Below, in pieces: positions 10,574-20,811 of a DNA stretch of 64,000 nucleotides. This DNA comes from an uncultured Gemmatimonadales bacterium (lineage in GTDB: Bacteria; Gemmatimonadota; Gemmatimonadetes; Gemmatimonadales; Gemmatimonadaceae): NCBI GenBank assembly GCA_963793305.1, contig CAWBZV010000002.1, positions 448,001 through 512,000 of the forward strand, in the 5' to 3' direction. The translations under genes and the position numbers were made by a program. The notes under the pieces are model-generated. The model had not been told where the DNA came from and did no database searches. It worked only from the letters and a program-made list of their open reading frames with translations. How positions within the stretch are numbered: position 1 is the first letter of the stretch; each line of letters starts with the position of its first letter.

Positions 10574-11968
10574 GTGACCAGCAAACAACTCCTGCCGTGG
10601 TTGATCGCCGTCGCGTTCTTCATGGAGTCGCTGGACACCACGATCCTCAATACGGGTGTGCCGACGATCGCCGCGGCACTCCACGTCGCTCCACTCAGCA
10701 TGAAGTCGGTGCTGGCGAGTTACACGCTGAGCCTCGCGGTCTTCATCCCCATCAGCGGCTGGATGGCGGATCGATTCGGCACGCGGAGAGTGTTCGCGTC
10801 GGCGATCGCCATTTTCACGCTCGGCTCGTTGCTGTGCGGGCTGTCCACGAACATTCATATCCTCGTCGCGTGCCGAATCCTGCAGGGGGGCGGCGGGGCC
10901 ATGATGGTTCCGGTCGGCCGGCTCACGATCGTCCGGACGTTCGCGAAGTCAGAGCTCGTGACCGCCATGAGCTTCGTCGCGATCCCGGGGTTGGTAGGCC
11001 CCATGCTCGGACCCGTGATCGGTGGTTTGATCGTCACGTACTTTCACTGGCGACTCCTGTTCTTCGTGAACATCCCGATCGGCATCGTCGGGCTCTTCAT
11101 GGCGTATCGGCATCTGCCCGACTACCGCGAGCACACCGATCCGCTCGATGTCACGGGACTGCTCCTGTTTGGATCGGGCGTCTCGCTCCTGTCGTATGTC
11201 CTCGAAGTATTTGGTGAGCACCGGCTGAGCCCCACGACGATTCTCGTCGAGCTGGCGACGTCCATCGTGTTGCTCGGCGCCTACGGCGTGCACGCGATGC
11301 GCTCGCCGCATCCCGTACTGCGCCTGGCGCTGTTTCGCATCCGCACGTTCCGCGCGTCGGTCCTCGGCAGCTTCTTCACGCGGCTCGGCATCGGCGGGAT
11401 CCCGTTCTTGTTTCCGCTGCTGTACCAGGTCGGCCTTGGGTTTACGCCGGTACAGTCCGGGCTCCTCGTGATGCCGCAAGCATTAGCGGCGCTCAGTTTC
11501 AAAGTGACCATGCCGCGCATCTTGAGGACCTTTGGATATCGAGGCGTGCTCATCTCGAATACGTTGCTCATTGGCTTCCAGATCATGCTGTTTGCCACGA
11601 TCGGCCGCGGCACGCCGGTGTGGCTCATCGTGGCCGAGGTCTTCTGCTACGGGTTCTTCACGTCGCTCCAATACACGAGCATGGGTACGCTCGCCTTCGC
11701 CGACGTCGACGAGCACGACGCGTCGAGCGCGAGCTCGATCGCCAGCACGGTACAGCAGATGGCGGTCAGCTTCGGCGTCGCGTGCGCGTCGCTCGTCACG
11801 GCGTTCTTCATTCCCGATCCGCACGGCTCGAACCCCATGCAGTTCATTCAAGGCGTGCACCGCGGCTTTCTCGTCCTCGGCGCGATGACGCTCGTGTCGA
11901 CGCTCGTCTTCGCCCAACTCAAACGCGGCGATGGCGATGCGGTGAGCGGATCGGTGCACGTCAGCTGA
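10574..11968 (+). CDS. DHA2/EmrB-QacA family MFS efflux transporter
   Basis: FMESLDTTILN, GWMADRFGTRR, RILQGGGGAMMVP; about 14 TM segments. Confidence 0.92.
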   Translation: MTSKQLLPWLIAVAFFMESLDTTILNTGVPTIAAALHVAPLSMKSVLASYTLSLAVFIPISGWMADRFGTRRVFASAIAIFTLGSLLCGLSTNIHILVACRILQGGGGAMMVPVGRLTIVRTFAKSELVTAMSFVAIPGLVGPMLGPVIGGLIVTYFHWRLLFFVNIPIGIVGLFMAYRHLPDYREHTDPLDVTGLLLFGSGVSLLSYVLEVFGEHRLSPTTILVELATSIVLLGAYGVHAMRSPHPVLRLALFRIRTFRASVLGSFFTRLGIGGIPFLFPLLYQVGLGFTPVQSGLLVMPQALAALSFKVTMPRILRTFGYRGVLISNTLLIGFQIMLFATIGRGTPVWLIVAEVFCYGFFTSLQYTSMGTLAFADVDEHDASSASSIASTVQQMAVSFGVACASLVTAFFIPDPHGSNPMQFIQGVHRGFLVLGAMTLVSTLVFAQLKRGDGDAVSGSVHVS

Positions 11969-12028
11969 GCGCGCGCTCGATCAGCCGCAACGTGGTGCAT
12001 CTCGTCTCACGTCGTTACTGTAGACCAC

Positions 12029-12496
12029 ATGACTTACCCTGCTCGCGCGTGCGCTGTTCTCCTGCTCCTCACCGCCTGCTCGTCGGCCACCAGCCCGAGC
12101 GCGGGTTTGCCGGGCCCACAAGGCACATTGTTGACCACAGTCGTCCACGGAACGCCGTGGCGCGTAGGCGACACGACCAAAGTGGACCTCGTCATCACGG
12201 ACACGTCCTCGACTACCGCCGTCTTCGAGCTCCTCGAGCCGGTTCCGACGTTGGAGATCTTCGACGCGAGCGGCGATAGCATTCCGGTCACGTACCTGGG
12301 CCCGCCCAATTTCCTCAGTCTCTCGGTCGGCTCCGGCGCGACGGTCGTGACATCGGCAATCCTGGGCGTCGGCGGCACGCCGGGCGGGACGACGATCACC
12401 GCCAATCTGACGCCGGGCACCTACACGGTCGCCGCATGCCTCGTCGGCGGTCCCGGTGACTGCGGCCAGCCGGTGTCGGTCACCGTGGTTCAGTGA
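12029..12496 (+). CDS. Hypothetical lipoprotein
   Basis: Lipobox LTAC after a hydrophobic stretch. Confidence 0.65.
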   Translation: MTYPARACAVLLLLTACSSATSPSAGLPGPQGTLLTTVVHGTPWRVGDTTKVDLVITDTSSTTAVFELLEPVPTLEIFDASGDSIPVTYLGPPNFLSLSVGSGATVVTSAILGVGGTPGGTTITANLTPGTYTVAACLVGGPGDCGQPVSVTVVQ

Positions 12497-12502
12497 CCGA
12501 TT

Positions 12503-13192
12503 CTACCGATTGGTCTTCGCAATCCAGGCCTTGAGGGGGTCGATCCACTCGGGCCGCGGTTCGAAAAAGGCGCCATGCGCTTTGCCGGTTGATATCGCCA
12601 CCTCTTTGAAGGATCTCAAGTGACTTCGCTCGGCGAGTTTTGAACAGGATCCGAGGGCGTCCGAGGTCTCATAGATAGACAGAAAATTGCCGCCGAAGAC
12701 TATGGCCGGACCCGAGTCCACGGCGAAGTCGCCATCGGTGCAAATCGCGAGTATCGCGGTATTGATCCCCTCTGCCGCAAGGTGACCGGAGGCAAGCGCC
12801 GTAATTTGCCCGCCGCGAGAAAAGCCGACGAGCGTCACTCGGCTCGGCTTGACACCGGCTTCCAGCAGTCGATGCACCCACGATTCCAACTGATCGACAT
12901 GATTCTCGAACTCGACGCCCTTCTTGCGCTGAACGGCAATGAGGTTGAACCCACCGTCCTTGAAGAGGGAATCTTTGATCCGCGGGAAATCATACACGCC
13001 ATATTTCGGCGATACGGGTTTCGGATCCTCGCCCTCCGCTATGAGACCATGAGAGAAGATGACGTATCGCTCATTGGCATGGATCTGAGACGGAAATTGC
13101 TCGTAGATCTGAACCGGCTGGCTCTTCGCGACGCCGCTCAGAGTCAGGTTGGAGCATATGGCTAGCGCTCCCAGTATGATGCGCGACTTCAT
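12503..13192 (-). CDS. Secreted alpha/beta hydrolase
   Basis: Signal peptide, FSHG, GFSRGG nucleophile elbow, HGAFF. Confidence 0.8.
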   Translation of the reverse strand: MKSRIILGALAICSNLTLSGVAKSQPVQIYEQFPSQIHANERYVIFSHGLIAEGEDPKPVSPKYGVYDFPRIKDSLFKDGGFNLIAVQRKKGVEFENHVDQLESWVHRLLEAGVKPSRVTLVGFSRGGQITALASGHLAAEGINTAILAICTDGDFAVDSGPAIVFGGNFLSIYETSDALGSCSKLAERSHLRSFKEVAISTGKAHGAFFEPRPEWIDPLKAWIAKTNR

Positions 13193-14232
13193 GCGCCGGG
13201 TTGGAACAAGGTCTGCGCCTGCGTCTCCGCGTCAATGCCGCCGCCGTTCGGGGCGTTCAACCCGAAGAAGGTCACGAGACAATCTCCCGCTTGAACAGGG
13301 ATGTTCACCTTCTGAAAGACGGTTTGCGTCACCGCCATCTGCCCCACGCCACTGATCGGAGCGCTGAAAAGAAGTTGGGCAGTTGCGGGAATGTCGGTAG
13401 CATACTGACCGCCCGAATCGGTGCGGCCTGAGGAATCGACCGGAATCGCACTAGGACAGCCGCCCGGCACGAGATAGATGTCGTTGACCACCTGCCACGG
13501 ACCTGGCGGAGCGGGAACGCCGAAGGGGCTATCACTGATATCACCGACAAAGGCCAGGATCGTTCCCGCTTGTGGGATCGTGTTCTCCTGCACGAATTGC
13601 AGCGAATCGTTCGTGGTGCTACCGGCGCCTACGTTTGCGCCCCAGACAGACTCCTGACCGGTCGCCAGCAGCTCCGCGGTCGACGGCGACGAGACTGTGG
13701 CGTACAGCATCGTGAGTGCGCTGCTCATGGTCACGGGAGACCCGCCCTCCCAGTCCAGCAGGACCACCATGCAGTTGAAGACCGGTAGCCCCGCCGGCAG
13801 CTGGAAATTCACCGTCACATTCGTCGAGCCCTGGTTCGGGTCCTTCAGAATGAACCCCTGAACTGGCTGAAGATTGGGGAGGGTATCATCGAGCGCCGTA
13901 TAGCTGGGATATACTCCACCGCTCTGCGGACACGCGCCGGGCATCGTGGCGACGGTGATCAGCGCTTCATTGAAGGCCGCCGTGGGCGAGGACATGGAAA
14001 GCGTCCCCTTCAACCCCAATAGACTTTGCTGACCGGCCGGCAACGGAAAGGCGTACAGGAAGATCTGTTCGGGTTGCGCCGCCTGCTGCGCATTCATCGT
14101 CACCGAAGCGTTCAAGCTCAACGTGTTCGTACCGTTGGGTGTCGTCGTACCATTTCCGCCAGCACACGCGCACGTGAGCGCTGCCAGCACCATCGCAATA
14201 ATATCGTTCTGTAATCTCATAAAAGATCGCAA
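13189..14232 (-). CDS. Hypothetical lipoprotein (exact start uncertain)
   Basis: LTCACAG lipobox-like motif; stop overlaps the next start (ATGA). Confidence 0.65.
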   Translation of the reverse strand: MRSFMRLQNDIIAMVLAALTCACAGGNGTTTPNGTNTLSLNASVTMNAQQAAQPEQIFLYAFPLPAGQQSLLGLKGTLSMSSPTAAFNEALITVATMPGACPQSGGVYPSYTALDDTLPNLQPVQGFILKDPNQGSTNVTVNFQLPAGLPVFNCMVVLLDWEGGSPVTMSSALTMLYATVSSPSTAELLATGQESVWGANVGAGSTTNDSLQFVQENTIPQAGTILAFVGDISDSPFGVPAPPGPWQVVNDIYLVPGGCPSAIPVDSSGRTDSGGQYATDIPATAQLLFSAPISGVGQMAVTQTVFQKVNIPVQAGDCLVTFFGLNAPNGGGIDAETQAQTLFQPGA

Positions 14233-14380
14233 AAGTTAACGGGGCAACGCAGGACTTGACGCCGCGACTCACAACGCCGTTAAGAAGAAGGAAGTCATGG
14301 GTGTTCGGCGCATCGTTACATTCGGACTGAGAGCGCGAGATGGGTCGATATATTCCGCTCGACGGCTCGTGGGGTGCGCC

Positions 14381-14428
14381 GGCTCACTCGGCGCCAGCCA
14401 ATTTGACACCAACGGTCTGAGCCGCGGA
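14381..14428 (+). repeat. Remnant of a cassette end (integrase-tail DNA plus arm-like ATTTGACACCA)
   Basis: ctcactcggcgccagccaatttgacaccaacg resembles ctcacacggcgctagtgaatttgacacc (33686-33713) and 22721-22757. Confidence 0.6.
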
Positions 14429-14493
14429 GTGGAGCGCTTTGTGCCGTCCTCTCTGTCGTGAGAATAGATTTCCGCACCCTCCCACTCGAGTAG

Positions 14494-15156
14494 ATGATGT
14501 CCGCATCACCTCGCCGCAGTTTCATTGGCCGCCTCTTCACCGGAGCGGCTAGCCTGGCAGCGGCCGGCGCAACGCCACAGCTCCTCGCCGCGGCAACCGC
14601 CGCCGATCCGGGCGACGATTGGATGAAAGCCCTCACCGCTCCGCACCGCACGGTGTTCGACGTGTCGGCCCACAAGAACGGCAAGCCGCTCGGTCATGCG
14701 AAGAACTTCCTCGACGGGTGGCGCGACGCGTTCAAGACACCCGAGCGCGACGTGAATCTCGTCATGGGTATCCACGGAGAAGCCGCGCCCTTCCTGTTCA
14801 ACGACGCCTTGTGGGAGCGCTACAAGATCGGTCAGCAATACGAGGTGACCGACGGCGAAACCAAAAGCGCCGCGGTACGAAACGTGTTCACCTCCGCCCA
14901 TGCATCCGCAGCCGCGCTCGTCGCGTCGGACCAGACCATCGAGGCCCTACAGCAGCGCGGCGTCCGGTTCGTCATCTGCATGAACACCATCGGCAGCTCA
15001 GCGCGCAAGCTCGCCGCGGCCGGCCTCGGCTCGTACGACGAGATTCATGGCGCCATCATTGCTGGTCTCCTACCAGGAGTCATCACGGTGCCCGCGATCA
15101 CCGTGGCGCTGACGCAACTCCAGGAGCACGGACTGAAATACGAAAAGGTCGAGTAA
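14494..15156 (+). CDS. Tat-exported DsrE-like hypothetical protein
   Basis: Twin-arginine SPRRSFI; LQQRGVRFVICMNT. Confidence 0.75.
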   Translation: MMSASPRRSFIGRLFTGAASLAAAGATPQLLAAATAADPGDDWMKALTAPHRTVFDVSAHKNGKPLGHAKNFLDGWRDAFKTPERDVNLVMGIHGEAAPFLFNDALWERYKIGQQYEVTDGETKSAAVRNVFTSAHASAAALVASDQTIEALQQRGVRFVICMNTIGSSARKLAAAGLGSYDEIHGAIIAGLLPGVITVPAITVALTQLQEHGLKYEKVE

Positions 15157-15194
15157 CAGAGCGTGGACGGTACGACCGGTGACTTCCCAGGCCT

Positions 15195-16121
15195 ATGAGC
15201 GAGACCGACAACCGGGGCAGCGATCCGCTGGCGGGAAGTATCGACCACGAGGCGGAACTCCTCACCCATTCGCCAAAACATTTGCCGCAAGCTGTCGGCA
15301 GATCTCCTAGGCCGAGCCGCGAGGTATACCGGGTCCTGCTAGTTGGAGCTGCTTGGCTGATCGCGGTCATATTCGATCAGTACACGGTTCGATTTCTGGC
15401 CGGTCCACCTACCGCGAGCTTGGACACCCTCAAGGCCCACGGCGCGAGCATGACGCTCGCGCTATCGGCCACTCGCCTCTTCGGTCTCGTTCTCGTTTTG
15501 CTCTTAATCCGGCTCAAGTCCAACACGGAACTCCGCGCGTCGCTTCGACCCGAGCCCTCGCAGGATCACGCGATCCAGATCCCGAAACGCCGAGCTCCAT
15601 TTTTGCGAACCGATGCCCATCGGTTGCCACTATTCGCACGGCTCACGGCAGTCTTCGTGATCACCGCGATCTGCTCCATTCTGCTGAACAACTTCGACGT
15701 GTATCCATTTCCATGGCGGTGGCAATACGACCAAAGCGTTTGGTTCGTCCGAGCGTACGCTGAGACTGGTCATGGGCTGGCTCTCGTGTTCTTCCTACTC
15801 GTGTCCGCGGTTGCATCTCCGATAATCGAAGAAGTCTTTTTTCGATTCGGGTTGCTCCGAGCGATACGGGCCTGGAGCGGGTCGAGCATCGTGGCCGTAC
15901 TGGGTAGTGCGTTGGTGTTCGGCGCTGCGCATCTCGGCTACCCGTTTTGGCGGCCGACGGTAGGAGATATACGTAATGCGTGCGGCGCCGCGGGCCTGGG
16001 CCTCGTTCTAGGGACGGTGGTCGTGCGCTCGAATGGTCGACTCACCGACGCTATCGCGATTCACTCGGCAAACAATCTCTTTGTGGGCGCGATGTTGGCC
16101 TTTACGGCGTTGAACTCCTGA
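15195..16121 (+). CDS. CPBP (CAAX protease-like) intramembrane glutamic endopeptidase
   Basis: EEVFFR, FGAAH and HSANN motifs. Confidence 0.8.
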   Translation: MSETDNRGSDPLAGSIDHEAELLTHSPKHLPQAVGRSPRPSREVYRVLLVGAAWLIAVIFDQYTVRFLAGPPTASLDTLKAHGASMTLALSATRLFGLVLVLLLIRLKSNTELRASLRPEPSQDHAIQIPKRRAPFLRTDAHRLPLFARLTAVFVITAICSILLNNFDVYPFPWRWQYDQSVWFVRAYAETGHGLALVFFLLVSAVASPIIEEVFFRFGLLRAIRAWSGSSIVAVLGSALVFGAAHLGYPFWRPTVGDIRNACGAAGLGLVLGTVVVRSNGRLTDAIAIHSANNLFVGAMLAFTALNS

Positions 16122-16123
16122 GA

Positions 16124-16540
16124 CTAAGACGCGGCATATATCAGTCCGGCACCTACTGCCGCCGCGACAGGAGAAAGGATGCGAATCACGAGAGGCGTAA
16201 GCCGCTTCGTCCACCATGTCCCGTAGGCACCATGCCACCGGATCGGTGCGACCATGATCACCAGCGAGGTTGCAACCAAAATCCAACCTCCAACCTCGAA
16301 GACCACCGGCAGCTTAGAGGCCGGCGCCCGCACGATCAGCGCCACACCGGCTAGCCCGCGCAGTCCCTGCTCAGTGAACTGAAGACGCCAGTTTGAGCGC
16401 TCCAGATTGGCGCTCATCTTCTCGAACAGGTGAAGGCAGTAACGCGGACGCAGGGCCATCAGGAACGCGACACCGACGAGCCAAAGGCCCGCTGCGGCCA
16501 CAACGATCAGAGCGATAACCTGCAAGCTATTCTGACGCAT
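16124..16540 (-). CDS. Hypothetical membrane protein
   Basis: Four TM segments; start placed at ATG 16540 because the longer ORF runs through the att repeat. Confidence 0.7.
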   Translation of the reverse strand: MRQNSLQVIALIVVAAAGLWLVGVAFLMALRPRYCLHLFEKMSANLERSNWRLQFTEQGLRGLAGVALIVRAPASKLPVVFEVGGWILVATSLVIMVAPIRWHGAYGTWWTKRLTPLVIRILSPVAAAVGAGLIYAAS

Positions 16541-16546
16541 CGAACC

Positions 16547-16586
16547 AAAAAGAAAACCTCGCCGACGTTGCAACGCCAAGCGAGGC
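16547..16586 (-). terminator. Cassette-end hairpin/terminator with central palindrome CGTTGCAACG
   Basis: CCTCG...CGAGG stem followed on the minus strand by TTTTCTTTTT; repeated at 22761-22800 and 33741-33785. Confidence 0.65.
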
Positions 16587-16596
16587 AGAAAGTCTA

Positions 16597-16641
16597 TGGG
16601 CCGAGGAGGAGTTGAACCTCCGACCTCTCGCTTATCAGGCG
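16597..16641 (-). repeat. att core: 3' 45 nt of tRNA-Ile(GAT), exact copy
   Basis: Identical to 33800-33844; begins in the anticodon stem. Confidence 0.95.
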
Positions 16642-16775
16642 CGTCTGACTTCCCAGGCAACTTCGGCATCGCGCCGCATTTCCCTTTGATAGCCCGGCAA
16701 TCCGCCGCAGTCCGGGCGACGCGATGTCGGATGTTGCCGAATCAATTTGACACCAGATTTGACACCAACGGGCTC
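16642..16775. repeat. Cassette end B (Ile family 1) with arm-like repeat ATTTGACACCA x2
   Basis: Ungapped match to 26820-26953, about 25 mismatches in 134 nt by hand count; repeats at 16745 and 16757. Confidence 0.9.
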
Positions 16776-16795
16776 GACCTTATGTTGCAACCGAA

Positions 16796-17104
16796 GTGTC
16801 GAACGCAACTCTCGGCGGGACCTTGAGTATCAGGCGCATCGCAATCGGTGCGACGGTAATCGGCTTCGTCATGCCGATCTTCTGGGTCTTTGCGTCCCTA
16901 GCATTGATGGGACCCAAGGCATGGTGGACCGACCTGTACTGGACGGTCGTTCACATTACTTGTCCATTCGGGTTGACCGACGGTAGCGGCTGGGGCAACG
17001 CGCTAGAGAAGTCATTCCTGAACGCACTGTTGTATGGAGCGGCGGTCGGCCTATTAGCGGGTTTTTGGAAACAACTCCATGCCGAATCTCGACGTGGTGA
17101 CTAA
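16796..17104 (+). CDS. Small hypothetical membrane protein
   Basis: Two hydrophobic segments; start uncertain. Confidence 0.55.
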   Translation: MSNATLGGTLSIRRIAIGATVIGFVMPIFWVFASLALMGPKAWWTDLYWTVVHITCPFGLTDGSGWGNALEKSFLNALLYGAAVGLLAGFWKQLHAESRRGD

Positions 17105-17301
17105 CCGTCGGCTAGCTATTCGGCGGCGCATAGGCTGACGCCAACGTCGGCCCGAATTCTCGCGAACCAACGAATTCGAACCGTCTGCCTGAACCCATGC
17201 GGGCAGGGGAAACGACATTCTCGTGAGTGGAACACTAGAATGCGCGTATAGTTCGCTGGGTTGCACTCTGTAGTCGGCGCGTACCCGCCCAGGGGGATGA
17301 A

Positions 17302-17913
17302 ATGTCCATGTGCTTGCCGATTGTTGGGTTCTGGAGTCTGGTGTTGCTTGTGAGTCTCATTGCGTCGGGCGCGAGTGGGCAACCTGCCAAGGCGCCGCAG
17401 GCTTATTCCGTCACGGAAGTGAACGCCATGTTCGGCGCGACCATGACCTTGAAGATCGATCGCGACGGTGACAAGGCGGTCGTGGACGAGACTGTACCCT
17501 CGCGCTCCGCCGGATCGCCGGGCATCCATACGCACAGCTACTACGATATCAAGAATCACCGGAGCTATTCGGTGGACCTGAACTTTGCCAAGACCAATTG
17601 CAGCACCGGAACCTTCGACGACAACTGGTTCGATCCTTTTGAGATGTCGGAGACACTGATGCGCAGCTTTGGAAATGCACAGCAGGTCGGTACCCAGGCC
17701 GTCAACGGCTTCGCCACTAAAGTGATGGAGTCGGGTGCCGCGGGGCCCGAACACAAGAAGGTTTGGTTGGATACGACCTCCGGCCTCATCATCAAGGCAG
17801 AGGTTGGCGCGAAGACGATCATCGAAGTCAAAGAGGTCAGCCTGGCCAAACCGCCGGACTCACTCTTCGCTGTCCCGGCAGCGTGCGCCGCCGCGCCATC
17901 CCCGCCTTCATAA
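17302..17913 (+). CDS. Secreted hypothetical protein
   Basis: Signal peptide; KVWLD..SGLIIK, PPDSLFAVP. Confidence 0.7.
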   Translation: MSMCLPIVGFWSLVLLVSLIASGASGQPAKAPQAYSVTEVNAMFGATMTLKIDRDGDKAVVDETVPSRSAGSPGIHTHSYYDIKNHRSYSVDLNFAKTNCSTGTFDDNWFDPFEMSETLMRSFGNAQQVGTQAVNGFATKVMESGAAGPEHKKVWLDTTSGLIIKAEVGAKTIIEVKEVSLAKPPDSLFAVPAACAAAPSPPS

Positions 17914-18087
17914 GAACCCTAGCAATTCGCGGCGGAAACGCACCTGTGCTGACGCTTCTCCTCGTGACAGCGTTGCTGGTAGTCCCGTGGGATACACCAA
18001 AAACGCTCCTCGCCGTCATAAGCGAGGATCGGAACCAGTTCCAGCCGACGATCGACTACCCGCGCGAATGATTATCCTCGCGCCGCG

Positions 18088-19179
18088 CTAGCGGGAGTCG
18101 AACACGTCAGCCCCGAGCGCGCGGAGCTCTGGCTCGGCCGCATAACCCAAATGCACCAGGCCCAGCATGTCTTCGACGGACCGCAGGAGCGCGTAGTGAT
18201 TGTAAGGCCGTAACGAGACCGTGCCGGGACGGATGAAGGGTGACAGCATCACGGCCCCCACGCGTCCGCCACCAGGCCCCACGCCGCCCGGTTGTCGCGG
18301 CTGACCCGGTAGCGGTCGCTCGCCGCAACAGGCCGTCGAGTCCTCGGCCAACGGTCCGTCGGCCTCATCGAACGTGACGATCAACAACCCATCAGCCTTG
18401 AACGCCGGTGACGACGTGATCGTCGGGACCCATCGCCGCAAGAATCGGTCGACCGCGGCGAGTCCACCCGGCGTGCCGTCGAGGCACGTCCGATCGTGGC
18501 CATCGTTACACACGTTGGGTGCAATGAACACGTAGTTCGGAGTCGCCTCGGCGCTCGCCAGATCGGCGGCCAATCGGTCGAGGCTCACGACTCGTTCCGC
18601 ACAGCGCGCGGGGGCGTCGATGATCGAATGGAAGTAGTAGAAGGGGTTGTGCCACGCGACGTACTGGTCGCGCACGGACGGCGGCGCTGTCTCGGTTGGA
18701 TCGGGCGCGCCGATCGCCGGGTGGGCGCAACCGCGGCCCTCACGCGCCGGATCGTTCCCCAGATCCTCGACGTAGGCGCGCCAACGCAGGCCCGCGGAGT
18801 CGATCTGGTCTCCGATGGTTCGCACCATCGCTGGATAGATGCAGCCGGCGCCGAGGGCTTGCCCGTGCGCGTCGAGCCGCGGGCTCGCGAGCTGGAACTC
18901 CGAGTACGTGACGCAATCGAGCTGCGTCTGCTCGTTCGGTGCTTGTCCACTCACCAGCGCGACGTAGTTGTCGAGGCTCATGTGCCCGATGCCGTAGTAG
19001 TTCCGGAGCAGCGCGCCACGCTTCGGCAACGTGCGCGCCAAATACGGCGCCGGCGTCCGGCGGCCGAACGTGACGCGGTACGCTTGATTCTCGAGGACGA
19101 CGAGGAAGATATGCCGGATCTTCGGCGGAGCCGGCGTCAACGATGCGAGCAGCAAGCCCGCTCGGAACACTGGGAGCAT
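18088..19179 (-). CDS. Phosphoesterase family (acid phosphatase/phospholipase C-like) protein
   Basis: IRHIFLVVLEN, SLDNY, HNPF, PNVCNDGHD, VTFDE, YNHYALLRSVED. Confidence 0.88.
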   Translation of the reverse strand: MLPVFRAGLLLASLTPAPPKIRHIFLVVLENQAYRVTFGRRTPAPYLARTLPKRGALLRNYYGIGHMSLDNYVALVSGQAPNEQTQLDCVTYSEFQLASPRLDAHGQALGAGCIYPAMVRTIGDQIDSAGLRWRAYVEDLGNDPAREGRGCAHPAIGAPDPTETAPPSVRDQYVAWHNPFYYFHSIIDAPARCAERVVSLDRLAADLASAEATPNYVFIAPNVCNDGHDRTCLDGTPGGLAAVDRFLRRWVPTITSSPAFKADGLLIVTFDEADGPLAEDSTACCGERPLPGQPRQPGGVGPGGGRVGAVMLSPFIRPGTVSLRPYNHYALLRSVEDMLGLVHLGYAAEPELRALGADVFDSR

Positions 19180-19481
19180 TGGGCATTTTACCGATGCGGG
19201 TCCATATTCGGTAGCGTGTACTCGACCTGCCAATGCGTGACGGCAACAACCATCGGACGTCGCAGTCGCGACCGGGGGACACGATCAGCCGCGCTGGGTT
19301 CATCCACTAAGTCTTCGGCTTGGTGTGCTGGTTCGTTCTCGTGTTCGCGACCTACCTCATCATTCGCCCGATCACGCCCGCATCTTCACGACGACTCGCC
19401 GGCCAAGCAATAGGCCGACGTACGTCGCGACCGTGCCGCGCCTCCGCTACGGGATGATCGCGACGGTCGGTAGCTGAGGAC

Positions 19482-19643
19482 GCGGGATTTGAACCCGCGA
19501 CCCCCTGAACCCCATTCGGTTCTCGGGTACGGTATCAACTACCTAGGATGGCGCCGTTCAGAGGGAAAACCGGGCGTCGGGCCCGATCTTCAACGCCGAA
19601 ATGTCGGTGGTTGCCGGCGGAAACGGGCCCCCAAACGGGCCCC
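19482..19643. repeat. 162-bp repeat: tRNA-Pro(GGG) 3' fragment plus end with AAACGGGCCCC x2
   Basis: Identical to 30099-30260; reverse complement begins GAATGGGGTTCAGGGGGTCGCGGGTTCAAATCCCGC. Confidence 0.95.
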
Positions 19644-19712
19644 GGCTGTTGCTGTCCGTTGGTTCGACGCGCACCGCCGGACTGGCCGAAACTCCTTAAT
19701 CGAAGCAATTAG

Positions 19713-20678
19713 CTAAGCGATACCTAGTCTGCGAGTTGCTCGCACGAGGTTATCGTAGGCATCGGCGACGGCTGTCGCCGATTCATTTAGCTCTCTTTGG
19801 GCTTTCTCAAACCGCGCGGGATTAGTCTCGCTCCACTCTGGCGGCACGCCAAGACTCCCCGCCCCGCCGAGCGCAAAGGTATGCTGTACGACGAAAGCGA
19901 CGAAGGTGCGGAGCTTCTGGCGCATTGTGACGCGCAGAGCTTCTAGCGCTGGGTCGAGAAATTCATAATCTGCGCCGATGGCGGTCTCGTTGTAGCTAAC
20001 TAGGTCGCCGAGAATGTCCCGGATAAAGGAATTTCCGTAGTCCTGAACTCGGAGTGCAAACTTACTGTTCTCGGTTGCAAAAACCGCCCTAATGTGCTGC
20101 ATCACCAGCCCATCACCTTTAAGATTGGCCTCGGCTACCTGTACCTCTGGGTATTGCGGAGGAACAGCGCCTGCTGCTTGCTTTTCTTGCCGCGGCAGAG
20201 GACCGACCTCGTCTATCGCCTCGGCAATCTTGCTGCACGCCGTCGACACCGCGGCGACCCAGTTGTCGTCCCTTCTGCTAGCGTCGTATTCGATCAGGGT
20301 CAAGCCGGCCACGTCCGTAGGCAGGTGAAGGTCAGCAGCGCCACGCGGTTTTACGATGAGTGCCCGCTTTCGGCCGAGGGCCCCAACGAACATGCCGAGC
20401 TCGATCAGTACATTGTCTCGCGTAATCCTGTGATCTTCGCCGCGGATCTTCGCCGAGTCATCAGGAGTGAAGAGAAATACGCCAAAGTCAGAGACTCCCA
20501 GCTGACTCTCAAGCGACTCGAGTGTGTACCACGAGGGCTTAAACACATCCTGGTCCCAGACGGTCACCTCCGCAATTCGCTCCAATCTAGAGTGAATTGC
20601 GTTGGCGATCTTCAGAGCCTCAGAGGCCGACGCAACGAATACCTTGGGCCGAGCCGTGGCTTTGGCCGATTGTTCCAC
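19713..20678 (-). CDS. TIR-like nucleotide-binding protein (Cap12/PycTIR-type TIR) with unknown C-terminal domain
   Basis: VFVASASEAL...W...DFGVFLFTPDD...RDNVLIELGMFVG.LG...LPTD. Confidence 0.85.
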   Translation of the reverse strand: MEQSAKATARPKVFVASASEALKIANAIHSRLERIAEVTVWDQDVFKPSWYTLESLESQLGVSDFGVFLFTPDDSAKIRGEDHRITRDNVLIELGMFVGALGRKRALIVKPRGAADLHLPTDVAGLTLIEYDASRRDDNWVAAVSTACSKIAEAIDEVGPLPRQEKQAAGAVPPQYPEVQVAEANLKGDGLVMQHIRAVFATENSKFALRVQDYGNSFIRDILGDLVSYNETAIGADYEFLDPALEALRVTMRQKLRTFVAFVVQHTFALGGAGSLGVPPEWSETNPARFEKAQRELNESATAVADAYDNLVRATRRLGIA

Positions 20679-20811
20679 TATTCAGGAAAAACGGGTGCGG
20701 GTGCGAAGGTCACGATGTGACCGTCAAGACGTAGCCTATGCCAGTTGCATCGTTGGTCACAACAGCATCGTTTTCGAGAGAGCCCTGGAGCGCCGTGCCA
20801 GCAGACCCGAA

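Noticed and set aside
19489..19716. Duplicated small ORF (NPRPPEPHSVLGYG..., also 30010-30270)
   Set aside because: It is just a translation of the antisense tRNA fragment and the 162-bp end repeat.
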